A DNA stretch of 64,000 bases from contig NC_045696.1 in the NCBI RefSeq assembly GCF_009834535.1, positions 53,012,001 through 53,076,000 on the forward strand, read 5' to 3'. Under the pieces are notes generated by a model that saw nothing but the letters and a program-made list of their open reading frames with translations, was not told where the DNA came from and ran no database searches. The translations under genes were made by a program, and so were the position numbers. Shown one piece after another: positions 38,930 to 53,616 of the stretch; positions within the stretch are counted from its first letter, which is position 1; every line of letters begins with the position of its first letter. The DNA comes from Camelus ferus (lineage: Eukaryota).

Positions 38930-39560
38930 TTCCATTCAATTAGATCATGTTTATTGAGTTTCTAGCTCAAGGCACTTTGAAGAGAAATAGGCAATTTACT
39001 CATGATTTTTTCCTACACTCAGTGTTCTTACAATCCAGAGACAGAAACAGGCATATAGACAGTGATATACCAATAAAATCGGTGATGCTATGGAATAAAA
39101 ACAACAAAATAAAAGAGTTTTGAGGAAGGAGAGATCATTTATGGTTGCTGGAAAAGTCTCTTTGAGGAGATAGCATTTAAGACGAACAGCAACATTGAAG
39201 AACATCAAAGGGGAGAAGAGGAAATTCTAGGTTGAGGAACACTTTGTGTAAAGGTTCCAGGGCAGCGAAGTCCAAGAGTTGTCCAGAGACAGTTTTCCAG
39301 ACAAGTAGTTTGATAAGACTGACATATGGAGATTCTAAGTAAATGTAGTAAGAGACATGATTGGAATGTCAGGTTATAGGAAATTCATGGGAAAGATGAA
39401 TGTCAGGCTAAAATGTGGTACTTTATTAACAGGTATTAGTCACTAATATGGAGTCATTCAAGTGTTTCTGCATAGAAGAGTAACAGACAGTAGTGTGCTT
39501 TTAAAGGCAGCTTGAATAGCGAGATGGATTGGAGGGTTTAGATTAGAGACCATTGCTGAA
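38930..39560 (-). mobile_element. L2 3' portion
   Basis: tttattgagtttctag...caaggcact...ggaaaagtctctttgaggagatagcattt...atggattggaggg. Confidence 0.7.
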
Positions 39561-39608
39561 TCTGCTTTTCTTTCAATCCAATGCACTTAATGTTTCATTT
39601 TTGAACAC

Positions 39609-40092
39609 TGTGTTCATTTCCTATTGCTGCTATAACAAATTATTATAGACTTGGTGGCTTAAAGCAGCACAAATCCATCTTTTTTACAGTTTTAGAGGTC
39701 AGAAGTCCAAAATGGGTCTCACTGGTCTAAAATCAAGGTTGTGGTCCTTCTGGAGGCTCTAGGGAAGAATCCACTCCTGGCCTTTTCCAGCTTCTAGAGG
39801 CTGTCCACGTTCCTGCGATCCTGGCCCCGCTTCAGTTTCAGTATCAGCAGCGCAGCATCGTCAAATCTCTCTCTTCTCCGATTGTCTGCTTTCATCATCA
39901 CATCTCCTCTGACTCATTTACGAACCCTTGTGAGTACACTGGGCCAACTTGGATAATCCAAGATAATCTCATCCCAAAGCCTCAAATTTAATCACTTCTG
40001 AAAAGTCCTTTTGGCCTGTGAGAGAACATATCACAGGCTCCCAGGATTAGGATGTGAACATTTTAGAGTAGAGGCATTATTGGCCTACCACA
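39609..40092 (-). mobile_element. MaLR solo LTR (MLT1D-like)
   Basis: tgtgttcatttcctattgctgctataacaaatta...aggtcagaagtccaaaatgggtctcactgg...ggataatccaagataatctc...ggattaggatgtgaacat...cctaccaca. Confidence 0.88.
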
Positions 40093-40669
40093 GACATACT
40101 TAGCTCAGAGTATAAAGTATAAAAGGAGAGGATGGGGTGTGATGCTCCCAGCATGAACTCCTAAAGACCTGCCCTGGATTGCAGCCAGTGAAACTGGCCC
40201 TAACCATAATTTCTCATTGGTGGATCAAAATAGTCTGGGAGGAAAGGGCTTCAATTAAAAAAAACTCTGTTGTCCCACCTATATACTCAAGTCATTTTGC
40301 GTTAACATTTCTGATCAACACTGAATAAAGATTTAACAAGAATATAAAAAATGACATTCACATAATGTCATGGAAAAAGTAGAAAAATAATTTTTGCAGA
40401 AAAATAGATTACATGTTTGGAAAACCAAGATCATTCCCCTGCTTTTGCCTGAGAAATTAGCAACAAAGAATCTGACGTTTATAGTTATATTATGACCATG
40501 TGGTGATGTCCTGTTCCAAGATCATAGAAAAATAGTGCTGTTTCTTTGGGCTACTCCTTTCTAAGATTTGGAGCTCCAAAAAGTTTAGTTATTTTCTTCT
40601 TATTCTCTATTATATTTTCCATGTTCCAGGAACATGAAAATATATTCTAAAATATGAGTATAGACAATA

Positions 40670-40900
40670 TAAGAATGTAGTACAAAGATTCGCGGTCTGG
40701 GAAACAGGGAAACACTGTAATTGTCCCTGATTTGCTGTATAAATAGGACCAGCCTAATAAACATTACTGTGCCTCAATTTTCCTGAGTGTTACTCAGGTA
40801 TTAAAAAATACTGGTTCTAGGTATGGTACGGAGATGTTGTGGGATGAAAAGAGATACTGTTTGTGAAAACCCTTTGAGTAAGCTTCAAAGCTAATGGCAG
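40670..40900 (+). mobile_element. MIR SINE
   Basis: ctgtgcctcaattttcct...gatgttgtgggatgaaaagagatact...tgtgaaaac. Confidence 0.55.
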
Positions 40901-43009
40901 TTACTGTCCATTCATTGACCACATGCAATTGTCATGCACCGTCCCATACTGGGGATACAGAGAGAGTAACGTGGCCAAAGCCAAGAGTAGACGAGCGTGA
41001 CTTGGAAACAAGTATAGTAAATTGTGATCATTGCCATAAGAGACATATAGAAATTGTGTGTCCACTTACTTTATTTGGTAGCTGAACGGTTAGAGAGGAA
41101 CATGATAATGTGAGGCATCTATTTAGAATGATGCGGGCAAGTGTTCTCTAGAAATCAAAGGGGTTCCAGCCTTGGGAAGATATCGGTATACTTCACATAC
41201 AAAACAGTGTAAATGACTGCATTTGGCAGTGTCTTCAGCTCACAGTAACCTAATGGAGAGGAACAGGGCTCTTTGGAACTAACTGCTGACCACATTTCTC
41301 AGTCCTGACTCACCCTTGGACCTATTTCAGGCTCAGTCATATTTGTCATTCTTCAAACGCGTGTGGAAGAAGTAAAATGTGGTTGGAGAAAAGTGACAGT
41401 AAATTCCATATGCTTCCTTTTAAAATCACTTATATAGCAAATCTGCTTAGTCTACAAGTCAGGAGAAGATTTCTCGAGCTAAGGTTGCAAATTCCATGTA
41501 GGTTCTGAAATTCTGCCTGTTCTTACTTCATCATTATTTTCAAAGGGTTTGCAGTAGGAGTACATCTAACATTATAACTAAGCAAAAGATGGAAAAAGAA
41601 TCCTGTTTTATGTTTTTTTTTCCCCCATAGCTTTCTTGATTTGATAGGACTACTGAAGAAGCAACCACATGAAGCCTGGGGCTTGCCTTTTATAAAACAA
41701 TATTTCTTATTCCATGATTACAAAGGAGGATGTTAGCTCTCCATCCTCACTCTGATATGGATTTTCTTTTTTATTTTCATCTCTGGGATGTATACCTGCC
41801 TCAAGAGGGAGTATAAATTAGAGGACAGAATTGTCATATAATAACAATATCATGTTTTGCATATTAACACAGAGACAGTCTACTTGATTGAATGCGTCAC
41901 CAGGCTGCGTCTTTCTTATATTGGGAATGAATAAAACTGGATCATCCACATTCCTATCCCTTCTCTTCCATGACCAAATAAACATGTTGAACTAGTCTGG
42001 ATAAAGTGAAATCTGGTACAGAACTAACCAATTCGGGGAGGAATATAAACCACAACTGAAAATGTGATTCCAACAGATAAAATGACCTAACTAGCCCAGA
42101 TGTATCATAATTGTACTTATTATTAATAGAAAGCAGAGAGCACAATATACTGTATAATGATATAAATCAGAAGCAAACATTCTTCAAAAAAAGACTAGTT
42201 CTAATGAACTCTCTGAGTCTAAAAGTTATTTTTTTAAAAAAAGTTATCTTCAGGTTTAGAAAGGCAACTCTATAAAATATGATTTCTGCATTCCTCGCCT
42301 CCACTTGCCATATTTTCTATGCTCTGTCAACGTCTCCTTCATCTGCCAGAGTTCCCAAGTGCTTACAACATCGCTTTTTTTTCCTGTTATTGGAGGAAAC
42401 GTAACCAAGAAACAAATCCTCACCAAGGCATTAGGGATCTAGATACACCAACCCATGGATAATTCTTATTCATTGATTTGCAGATTCACTAAATGAATCT
42501 TCAGTGAGTATCTACTACATTCTGAGCAGTAGCCAAATAGGACATTTATAAAGTGAACAATAGAGAAATAGCCTGATGTGCAATATAAAGGGATGTATAG
42601 TAAAACTGAGCTATGAAGACTTCTGGGTGTAGCCTCTATAAAGTTAGTACACATTATTCATACCAAACCCTGAGCTTGGCCACAACACCTGCTGAGACCT
42701 CTTCTGAACACATTTCCCACTAAAGGTCAGATCCATTGATAGTCTTTTATTTGTGATGCTGCAAACCCTCTGGGTCCTAGCACTTTGGACACTGTTTTGC
42801 TTACTGGCACTTTTATCAATAAAGCAAAGATGAAACAGGCAAGAAACTCCAATAAGTCAACCAGGTACTAGATCATAGGCAAGAGGACTTCAGTACGTAA
42901 AAGGCCATTTTGGTATTTTTAGTTATACAGACATATGTGATTTATCTTCACATAGAGTTAGCTTTTACTTTTTATTTGCCTATACTCTTTTCTTTACAGA
43001 ATTGTACCT

Positions 43010-43460
43010 ACCTGCTGGGGCTACTGTACAACTGATACAGTGTTCGTCATCTGGCTCAAGCTTGCCAGTCAGAACACTGTTTCCCTTAGAGAGAGTGCTT
43101 GGTTAACGAGTGGGCATGTGACTGTAACAGGACCAATCAGAGTCTTTCTTTTCATGGCTGAAATGGCTGGAGAGGAAGAAAGAGAAGGAGGGAAGAGGTG
43201 AGAGAGAGAGAGAGCGTGCTTGCAGGGTCACTTTTCCATTGTATGTAAAAACCCCGACTAAAAATAAGGTCAGCACTGAAGAAGTCATAGCCAAGAGGTA
43301 CAGAAACAAATGGAATACTTATGACATCATTTGAACTTCTGGATCCAACCATGCCTGAAGTTAAACCACCCTTGTGTTTCCCAGTTACATGAGTCATACC
43401 TTCTCCTTTCTACTTAACTTATTTTGATATGAGTTTTTACCACTGATTTATTCATTATAA
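43010..43460 (+). mobile_element. MaLR LTR (MLT1K-like)
   Basis: tgggcatgtgact...ccaatcagagtc...tgacatcatttgaacttctggatccaaccatgcctgaag...cagttacatgag. Confidence 0.75.
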
Positions 43461-43910
43461 AAAATAAAGGACTATGGCTATGGTCTGAACATGAACACAC
43501 ACATACACATACACATATACATATGCATATACACTGATGAGCTGATTTAAATAAAATAGAATTGATTTGACAAAATGAATCTGTTTTGAGGTAAAGGGCA
43601 TATTGTTTGTACTTACATCTTCCATGTCCTGTGTTAACACATTTATTTGAGAATAAATGACCTTTATACCACTGAAACTGTAATGGGGTAGCATGGTACA
43701 GTGGGAACAGAATTCTGCTGGGAGTTAGAAGGGACAAAGTCAGCTGAACCATCTACAGTCAATATGTTTTACTTTTAAAATCAGAAAAAGAATGAAGGCA
43801 GATCTATTTTGGAAGTGAATCAAGAAGGTCTGGGTGCTAGATTCAATTCTGCCACAAGCTGGCTCTTTGATTACAGTTTCCTCCTTTCTAAAATGAAGGG
43901 TGGGCTGGAG

Positions 43911-44129
43911 CAGTGGTTTTCACACTAGAGTTGGTGATCCCTAGGCATTTTATGGAGCAACTTGAGGAGTGGAATGTGAGATGGGGCAACAAAGTAGGGC
44001 TCCCATACCCTTCCACTTGCTTTCTATAAGAGTTCTAAACATATCTCTTATCTACTAAGCTTGAACATCAGCTTGAACTGAAGAGTTTCTGTGATTTAAA
44101 ATTTGCAGAGGAAGAGTTAAAAACTACTG
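43911..44129. mobile_element. hAT-Charlie-type MITE inserted in a MIR3-like element (about 43820-44170)
   Basis: Termini CAGTGGTTTT...AAAACTACTG; flanks GGCTGGAG/GGCTTAAT; MIR core acagtttcctcctttctaaaatgaaggg before and ggtccctaagttcc after. Confidence 0.6.
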
Positions 44130-44531
44130 GGCTTAATGGTCCCTAAGTTCCTTTTGCTTTTAACACTCACTGAAGTTAATTTCCAAATTAAATTTTCTAC
44201 CAAAAATGTAGTAACTTACTCACAGAAAATACCCATTTTCTGTAATTGCTTTTACTTAATCCAAGCCTATTGGTCAAATTAGGATCATCAAAATCTTTAC
44301 CTGTGTAGAGTATGGTATATAGGAGTCAAAAAAGAAAACTTAATATGAGAGTTAAAATTAGTTTTTTAGATCTCTATTCAGATTCTGAGCAGTTAAGGAA
44401 CAGAGAAAGCATGAATCCAATTTATATCACTGTGACATAAAAGATAAATAAGCTTGATAAAGATAACTAAAGATCAATGACTTATGTGTTTCTAAGACAC
44501 ATACAAGTCTTCAGAGTCTTAGCCACTAAGA

Positions 44532-44575
44532 AGTAGACTAAACACAGATGAATAGTGGACTAAACACAGATGAAC
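44532..44575. repeat. 22-bp tandem duplication (20/22 identical)
   Basis: AGTAGACTAAACACAGATGAAT / AGTGGACTAAACACAGATGAAC. Confidence 0.9.
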
Positions 44576-46339
44576 AGTGTTCATAAATTAGTAAAAAGAT
44601 TTTATTTATTTGTTTGTTGTATTTCTAGCAATACCACTGAATACTGGCTCCATGTCTGCTCTGTCCTGGACACCATGGCAGATAAACATGACAGTAATAT
44701 ACAAAAGGCTATGATATGTTCCCCACTAATTAAGAACAGACATGAGTTTAAACATAAACACAGCTGCAGTGGTGAGTGTCCAAAGATTAAATTTTCTATG
44801 TCCAAACAAGAGCATAACTTATTTAGCACCTGGTTAGCTGAAGTTTCAAATGTTTTAGGTTCCACCCTAAAATTTTATTTTACTTTTTTGGTGGACTAAA
44901 GAGGTTTTATTAGAGGATGTTTAATATCCTGAAGAGATAAGGCATCAGGAGAAGAACTCACCTTTTGCCTTATCAAATTATCTCCAGCCCCTCATATTTT
45001 TGAAGGAACTAAAAGCAAGAAAAATACAGTTAGGAAAAGATGTGTTCCTTCAACTCTGTTACTTTGGATCTGCCTTGGAATTTTGTGACCAAAGTGGAAG
45101 AGTTGCAGGAGACGGATCTAGCTCCCGAGCATGCTGAAGATGAAATAAGTACCATCTTTGTTCTACTCTTCTGAGCTATCGTCCCTCTTCCTCCAGCATT
45201 TCCTACATCAAACATTATAGTTCACCTGGGGAAAGGCACAGCACAGCCCGAGCAGAGGAGTCAATGGGGTTTGCCTTTACCAGGAAGAGCTAGTGTTTTC
45301 TGACATCAGAGTTTTCATTCAAATCTCAGCTGTGATAACCTGAAGTTCTCCTACACTCAAGTAACCAAACAGATGTAAATAAGGTCTTTTAATTAGGTGT
45401 CTGGACAGCCATTGACTGACTTGGCTGCACCTCAACTTCAGATGATGAAAAATCACCTGAACCCTCTCTGATGAAATACCCCCTGCCCTGGCAGTGGGTG
45501 CTCATATGAATCACCAGGAAGGGTAATAAAGAGCCCTCACTGATCCAGTTGAGCCTGCAGCCTCCTGCTGGAACAACAGCTGCCTTGCCACACCCCTTGA
45601 GGTTCTTCCAGAGTCCTGATTCTGGCTCCCAGTTCTGGGCTGAGCACAATTATTCTTTGATTTATGTTACTTAGCAATGCCTCCCAGCAGAAGATGCTGC
45701 CAGTTGTTACTTGCTATGGGGGATGGGGAAAATACAAAGGCTTTCTTTGGATTTTTCTCTGCCTCTCTTTTTTCTCCCTTCTCTCCCCTCTGCTTTCATC
45801 ACCTACCCTCCTTTCCCCTCTCCCTTTCTCTCTTGTCTAAATCCAGCAATTCACTTCTTACTAGTAGTGTTGTGAAAGTAGCAAAATAAAAACTACTAAA
45901 AAATTTTCTCTTTCCCTTCCTCTCAAATCAAAGTACAAAGTTGGGAAAATGCACAAATACATCAAATCTTTAAAAGAGCCACTGCAATACTTAGTGAAGC
46001 TATAATAGCTAAAGAAACCTGAGCGTTAATGAAAGCTAGTTTCAATCTGAGAGATGGGATCTCTAAAATGTAGGGATATTTTTTAAAAATTTATTCATTC
46101 AGTTAACTAAATTTAAATGCTTTCAATATCTAAGTCACTAGGATATAAGAGATACCCAAATAAAAATAAAACTCTACAATGAAAAATAAAGAAATTATAA
46201 ACTTACAACATTTAGAAGTTTACTTTCTAGTAGACAGGGGTATATAGGAGACCTGAGACTACTCAGTCCCAAAGTGTAAGGGAAATGTAGCCATCGAGAA
46301 GAGTTGGACTAGGAGAGAGCCTGGATGCTTAATATACTC

Positions 46340-46510
46340 ACTGTAGTAGTAATGCTTAGTATCTTCTCACAAGAACTTTTTAATATTAATATTTCTATTT
46401 TGCAGATGAGTAAAAAGAAACTCTCCCATATTAAGTACATAGTAATTAGCAGTTAGGATATAAATCCAGGTTCCTTGGCTCCAAAGCCCAACTTCTTTCC
46501 AGCATATCAC
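46340..46510 (-). mobile_element. MIR SINE
   Basis: ctattttgcagatgagtaaa...aatccagg...ggctccaaagccca. Confidence 0.6.
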
Positions 46511-46734
46511 AAAGGAAAAAGAACTGTACATAATTCACTTAATGGAATGTAATTTAAAATAAAAGTTATGTAAATAACTATGACAAACTTTTTCCTCAGG
46601 AGTTTGAGGGAGCAGCCTGGCATAGTCAGGGCTTACTCTTCCTCTACGTGTGGACGTGGTGCTTGCGTGATACCATCGGGTCTGTGTGGTGAGAGGCGGA
46701 GTCAGGTGGCGGTAGTGAGCACATCAGTAGACCC

Positions 46735-47030
46735 TTGTCTGCTTCAGGTCTTTGCTCAAATGTCACCTGAGTTGGGAGGACTTCTCGGTCACAATACCAA
46801 AAACTGCAAACACTGCCCCCCACACCGTCAACCCTCCTTCTTCCTTTTCCTCCTTTTTCTCTGTAGGATTCTCACCATCAGACATACTGTGCATCTTCCT
46901 TGTGTTGGCTGTCTCCTTTTCCGGAATCTAAGTGTCATTATAGATTGTTTTATTGTTTTCGTATTCGTTTATATACACTGCTCTATCTAGACGGCATGTA
47001 GAACATATTAAACAAATATTTATTGAACGT
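46735..47030 (+). mobile_element. L2 (L2a-like) 3' end
   Basis: cttcaggtctttgctcaaatgtcacct...ggcatgtag...aaatatttattgaa. Confidence 0.75.
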
Positions 47031-48187
47031 ATTCATCTTTACTAATTTGTAAGCAGTATGTAAAGTAGAAAAAGTTCAAAGATATTATTCCTATTTTCAT
47101 AATCTATTTTACTTGTTCTCTCAACAAACTGAATGACTATTTGAAATAAGGACTGACCCCAAACTGATGACAGTTGTTTCTTCGGAGGAGAAAATTGGTC
47201 CAAGGAGCTTCCAATTTATCTGCATTGTTTGAAATTTTATAAGAAATATACATTCATGAACTACTTATAAAATTAAAAAGAAAAGAAGCAAAAATAAGGC
47301 AATGAGATGGAATCAGCTTCATTATGTTACTGTTACTACTGTTTCCCTCAATGAAATTTGCATAGAAATTTCCAACATGTTTTGCATATGTTTGGCATTC
47401 AATGAATAAATAAAAGATTTTTCAGTCAATAATAACCAGAGTAGTTTGAGAACCATAAAACTATATTAGAATTAAAAATATAAGAGCAAGAAATATTGAG
47501 ATAAGGGATTTGTTGGGATACAACATACTATTAATATTTTTACATAGTCCTTCCCTAGAATCCAAATGACATAAATACAGTCTCATTTATTCACCAACAC
47601 CCAAGACATTGAAAAAAAAATTGTTACTACTTTTCAGAGGGCAATGAAATAATAATAACATAATAGTGATAATGTTGATAGCTAACTCTTATTAAGTGCA
47701 TATAGTATATGAGGTATGGTACAAATCATATACACATATCCATGGATATACATATATAGCATATGCATCTCTTTTACTTTTGGGCTGTTAATGTTGAAGA
47801 CCGGGTAAATCTAGCCTATAGTTGATCTGAATCAAGGCTTTGTTACTTTAGTTAACTACAGTACGTCACTGGGGATAAATCCTCCCAATGACAGGCTGAC
47901 TTGCCTTGGTCTTACAGTGAGATCTGTGGAGTGTAAGCAGAGTTCTCTCACTTTGTCTGCTCTGCCTATGCTCAGGCAGGACTTGTATTCTTTCTCACTG
48001 GTATTAGGGGGATGGATCTCAGCTCTCCTGTCCTTCCCTTGGTTGTAGATGGCTACCGATTTATATTCAGTGTGAAGAACAAAGTGCAGAATGGTTTTTT
48101 GGTTTGTTTGGCTTATTCCTCAGATAGACTGGCCCTGTGCAAGTGCGCCTGAATTTTTGCTGCTGCTCCTCCCTCAGGGGTAGACTA

Positions 48188-48691
48188 CAGCATACCTAAT
48201 TTTATTGTGATTTGCTTTACTGCTCTTCACAGATTTTGCATTTTTTACAAACTAAGGGTTTGTGGCAACCTTGCATGGAGCAAATCTATTGGCTTCATTT
48301 TTCAACAGTATTTGTTCAGTTTGAGGCTCTCACATTCTGGTAATTCTTGCAATATTTAAACTCTTTCATTATTATTATATTTGTTATGGTGATCTGTGAT
48401 CAGTAATCTTTGATGTCACTATTGCAAAAAGATTACGACTTGCTGAAGGCTCAGATTATGATTAGCGTTGTTTAGCAATAGATTACTTTTAATTTAATAA
48501 TTTTTAAATTAAGGTATGGCCATTGTTTTTTAGACATGATATTGCACAGTTAATAGATTACAGTATAGTGTAAACATAGCTTTTCAATGCACTGGAAAAT
48601 AAAAAAAAATTCATGTGACTTGCTTTATTGTGCTATTTGCTTTATTGTGGTGGTCTGGAATTGAACCTGCAGTATCTCCAAAGTATGTGTG
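48188..48691 (+). mobile_element. Internally deleted Tigger1 derivative (Tigger1a_Art-like), TcMar
   Basis: TA|CAGCATACCT left end; ttttttacaaactaagggtttgtggcaacc, ggtgatctgtgatcag joined directly to the right arm aagattacgacttgctgaaggctcagat...gtggtctggaattgaacctgcagtatctcc. Confidence 0.92.
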
Positions 48692-48779
48692 GACAGCCGC
48701 CTGGTTTGTGGTATAAAGCCTGACATGCTTTTCCCCAAACAACTCAAGAAACTTAGATTTCTTTAACTAACATCTCTTC

Positions 48780-49900
48780 ATTCTTTTATCTTCCTTGATA
48801 TCGTTGTATTGTATTAAATAGTTCTCTCTTATTTTTAATTCCCAAATTAGCCATTGTTTTCACTTGAATGCCTTTTTTATAATTACCAAAATGTTTTCTA
48901 ATAGCTTTGTTCACTATTTCTTGTATTTTACCCCTTCCTTGTAGATTAAACTTTTATCTTACTGAAAAACATCTCCCACCCAGGAGATGTATCGGTGAGG
49001 TATGTGAGTGTCATATCCTTGCAGTCGTTATTGGTTTGAAAAAGTTTTTATTTTGCTGTCAATCTTGAGTAATGCTTTTACCAGAGTTGATTCCTAGGTA
49101 GCTGACAGTTAGTTTTCCTCAGCCCTTGAAAACAGTTATTCCATTATTTCCTGGACTCCACTGCTACTGAAAGTCTTCAACCAACCTGTTTTTCCTTTGT
49201 AAGCAATCTAATTTTACTATGAGTGTTTTGAGATTTTTTTCCTTTGTCTTCCATGTGTTTCAGCTGCATTATAACATGTCTGAATTCGTCCATGTTTTTA
49301 TCCTTGGTATTTTTGCCTGGATAAGATTATTTAATTTATGATTTATGTTTTAAGTTCTGCAAAAAAAAAAAATTTCACACTCAATTCAACTAATATCTCC
49401 TCAATTCCCTCTATTCTCTCCTGAAACTCCTATTAGATGTATTCTGCAATTTATTCAAATGTTCCATGTCTCATAATACTTTATTGTTTCAGATGTTCCA
49501 TACATTACCAACGTGGGATTCATCATTGGTGATTTATTTTGGTCTATCTTCCAGTTCCTTAACATTCCTTCTGCTATGTCCAACTTAGAACTTAACTGTT
49601 TCATAGACTTTTAAAAAAATTTTTTATTATTAATGTATCTCGTCTTTTCTCATGATATCCTGTTCTTCCCTAATGTCTAACTTGTTTGAAAATTTAAATA
49701 TACTAATTTAAAGTCCTTTTTAAATTGTTCTACAATCAACACTTCCTCAAGTATAATCTAACTATATATTGGGCTTCAGTAATATATTTAATGGCGTCTA
49801 ATTATCTCATGGGCTTTATGCATTTTTAAATCTTTGAACTCATCTTGAATGGAAATCATCACCTGAAAGAAGAAGCCCTAAGTTGAAGATATCCCTTATG
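48780..49900 (-). mobile_element. Ancient L1/HAL1 ORF1-region fragment
   Basis: ttcctcagcccttgaaaacagttattccattatttcctggactcc and cctgaaactcctattagatgt resemble antisense old L1 ORF1. Confidence 0.55.
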
Positions 49901-51464
49901 TTGTAGTTTCACAATTGGTTTTGCTAGAGATGTACGATCATTGGTCTTGAATGTTTTTCTTTTTAACATATACTTGAATGAACAATCTCAAAATGTGGTA
50001 ATCCTGAGCCCAATATGTATTTATTTTTAAAATATTTCTGAATTTAAAATAAGAAAGACCTGTGCAGATATTGGTATATTTCTAGTCTCAGACCCAGGTG
50101 TTACTAGAGCTCCTAGTTCTAGTCTAACTCCTTAGACAGGGAGATGGAATTACTACAGACTGGTCCTCGTAGTGACAGGTCTTTTCTGATTCCGAACTTA
50201 ATGTGTGGAGACCAGTTCCAGCAACTCTCCTCTACAAAGGGTCTCACATCTTACTTAGTTCCAGCCCCCACCTTGACCTTAAAGTCTTTACATCCATGTA
50301 CCATGATAGAATAAATCCCATTTTATGATCCCTGTATTTTAAAAATCATATAATGGTATTTATTATTTCTACCATTTCTATTCAATTAGATAAGAGAAAT
50401 GAAAATAGTGGCTATTAATAAAACTAAAGTCATGTGATGTTAAATCCCTCTTCGGGCTAAACAGAAAAATGATAGGAATGTTATTCTTTGATAATTCTCC
50501 ACAGATGGCACAAAGCTAAACACATATATTTTAGATGGAGCTTTTAAATTAATCGAAGCCATTCATCAGAGAAGGGTATATTTGAGAGCCATAACTAACA
50601 GAATAGTCTCCAGATGCCAAAAATTAAGGGAAAACAAACTGAGGTGAACAGAAGTTAAAAGTAGAAGTCTACAGTAGTAGCAGAATTGGTTATGTAAAGT
50701 CATGCTTCAAGGGACTGACTCATCAATCCTATGGGAAAAATAAACAGAATAGTTGTATATCTTGCTCTATGAAAGCCCAACATTTCATTGAAAATATGAA
50801 TGTAAAATAAAAGCTCAATTAGGAAATAAAACATTTTAAATAATTGTAGTTTACGGAAAAAAAATCAAATAAAGGTTATTTAATATAGACCTTACAGTAG
50901 GTGTCTATTGAAAAAAAAAAAGGAAGATTAATCTTTCTTCTTCAGAAGGCCCAACATCCTATCAAAACTATTATGTTTCTACTAACCCTCCTTCCATCCA
51001 AGTATCTGCTTTCACCTCCCTGCTTCGCAACATACTTTATTTAACCTCCTGTTATTTGCTTTGTTTTTTTGCTGTTTATTTGGTCAAATTCTAGGTAAAC
51101 ACAATGAATGAGTGCTGATGTAGAGGAGTAAATCAATGGATTATAGTCATCTTTTCTTTCTTGTTTAGAGTTTGTTCTCAGAAGAAGAGGATTCTAATCA
51201 ATCAGTAATTTGGTAAGGCATATTTCATTAATAATTCCTGGAAGGATAACCTCCCCCTTTTCAATATCACAAGTATCTGGCATTTCCTATACAAGATAAA
51301 TTTTAAAAACTTTCAGAAACTTAGGAATGAATTTGTACTTTTTTTCCCCTATGGAGATCCAGGGCAATGAGGATTTAAAATATTTTTCCTAGTATGAAAA
51401 AGCAATGAAGACTAGCACAGATGTGGCTAACATGTTTTCAGAGTAGATAAAAAATTTTTAAATG

Positions 51465-51740
51465 ATAATATCTAATATTAATTGAGCATCTACTATATGT
51501 CAGGTAATGTGATAAAGGCTTTAGATCACATTTTCTCTCACTTTTTACATAGGAACACAGACACATACACACATAACTATAAGAGGGTTTCTCTTATAAT
51601 CTTTTTTTACAGAAAAGGAGCCTTAATCATAAAAGATAATATAATTTGTACCAAATCATGTAGCTAGTAAATGAGTTAGATTGGAAAATCATTCGTATGC
51701 TCCAACCTTAGAACCAATGCTCTTAATCCACTATGCACTA
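51465..51740 (-). mobile_element. MIR SINE
   Basis: ttgagcatctactatatgtcagg...ttttacaga...aaatcatgtagctagtaaatg...tgctcttaatccactatgc. Confidence 0.7.
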
Positions 51741-52679
51741 AAGTTTGGGCTTTTTGTCAGGTATTTATTCTAAATGTCAGGTTCAAGATAATACATCATC
51801 ATCATTATCATAATAATAATATAAAAAATTACCATGCATAAGCTGGCTTTTCAGATGGACGTTTTCCTGATGCATAAAAACAGAATTTAGCAGTAGCACT
51901 TAGTCAGCTATTACTTTAAAAAATGACACTTTCAAAAAAAAAAAGGAAGGAAGGAAGAAAGAATGAAAGAAAGAAAGAAAAGAAGTATCTCTTATAGATG
52001 GATGGATAGCATTCAGTTGGGAGTTTGTGACTAAGCCAGCGAAGGATTCTGTGAGCAGCTGTTCACTAGGACCATATGACCAGTATACTGAGAGTAGGTC
52101 CCAGCTACGCCCTTGCCAAGCCAAATAAGAAGAGAAATAATGATGATTAAAAAATAATTCCATTTATATAGCATTTATGGTATCTATTATTTCATGAAAT
52201 AGTAATATCTCAATACAGTTATATCTATAATTTTTTTAAACAAACCATATATTCAGTTTTGTTTTCTATTTGGTTGACATTTGCAATAACTGTTATTTAG
52301 TGTAACTGTCTAGGCAACCAACATGCTGTTCCAGTGACCTGTTCTGTACTAGTAGGTGATATTTGGAATAAATGCAGCCATGTGGATCACCCTTTCAGAA
52401 TAGTTTGCATGAACTAATTTTCTTATCGTAATCAAGTCATTTATGTATTCCATTCCTCACGTAGAGACTGTATTACCTAACACCACACATTTACAGGTAT
52501 GCAGAGAACAGACCCAGGAAGTACTTTGTCTAAGCAACATGTCCAGATGGTCATTTCCCTGTCAACTAACTCAAATGTTCCCAGGAGAACTATTCACTGT
52601 CTTTTCTTTATATCCTTCCTCTATGTCTAAGGAAGCAGCATGTTAGAAAAACAAGCAAATAAACAAATAAACAAAAATG

Positions 52680-52892
52680 ACTTCTAGAATCAGACAGACC
52701 TGAGTTTGAATCTTGGCAGTACCACATATTAGTATGAACTGGGTGAGCTATTCAATCTTTCCTGTCCCCATTATCTCATCTGTAATAGGGCTGATAATAT
52801 TCATGCTAGAGAATCTGTGTAGAGTTTTAGATAGTAAATGTGAGTGTCTGGTTCATAAAGTAGGTTCTTCAAAATGGGAGCCATTGTATTAT
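52680..52892 (+). mobile_element. MIR SINE
   Basis: aatcagacagacctgagtttgaatcttggc...ctcatctgtaatagggctgataata. Confidence 0.8.
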
Positions 52893-53616
52893 CGCAACTC
52901 CATGCCACTCTAGTGGAAACATGCTTAGAAGAAGTCTTAGGTTCACTTTTAAACTCTGTTTTTCTGATAAAATTTGAATATTTCTGCTATATATGTATAA
53001 TCCTAATATGTTTAAAAAAATTGCCCCATCCTCTCCATCCATAAGAATTGTAGTCTAGGTACCTTTTTACTGATACAATATTTTTCAGAAGCTACCTTTC
53101 AAAACATCATATTTCAGATTATCTTTTTCATCACTGAAGATCCTGCCCATCATTTTTACCAAATTAATGCCTTTTGACCTTAAGAAATTTTCAATCTCAC
53201 AGCAAATAAAGACTAAAATTCTCATCAACTACCTTTAAACTTCTTTATAAATAAGAAGTATATCCCCCAGTATATCTCCTCCCAATTACCTACCACTCTC
53301 TGTTCCTAAGATCGCTTCACTTCCACATATTCATTGTCTGTTTTATCTGATTCCTGTTTCTTTCAAGCCTTTGTATTTTTTTCCTCCAAAGTCCTCCCTC
53401 CCATTTTATATCTGATCTTCCAAACAACTGTGAAAATTCCACCTGTTTCAGAAACCCTATGATATTACCATTTAGAAAGAGAAGTCTTAGCTGAGTTCAT
53501 ATCTACTTTAGTAGAGCAATTCTCATATTCTTAAGTTCTCCCCATCTTAGGGAAAAGCATCAGTAACACATTTCAATGTACAAATCCCACAATTTCCTCT
53601 TTAGGCTTCAACTTGA

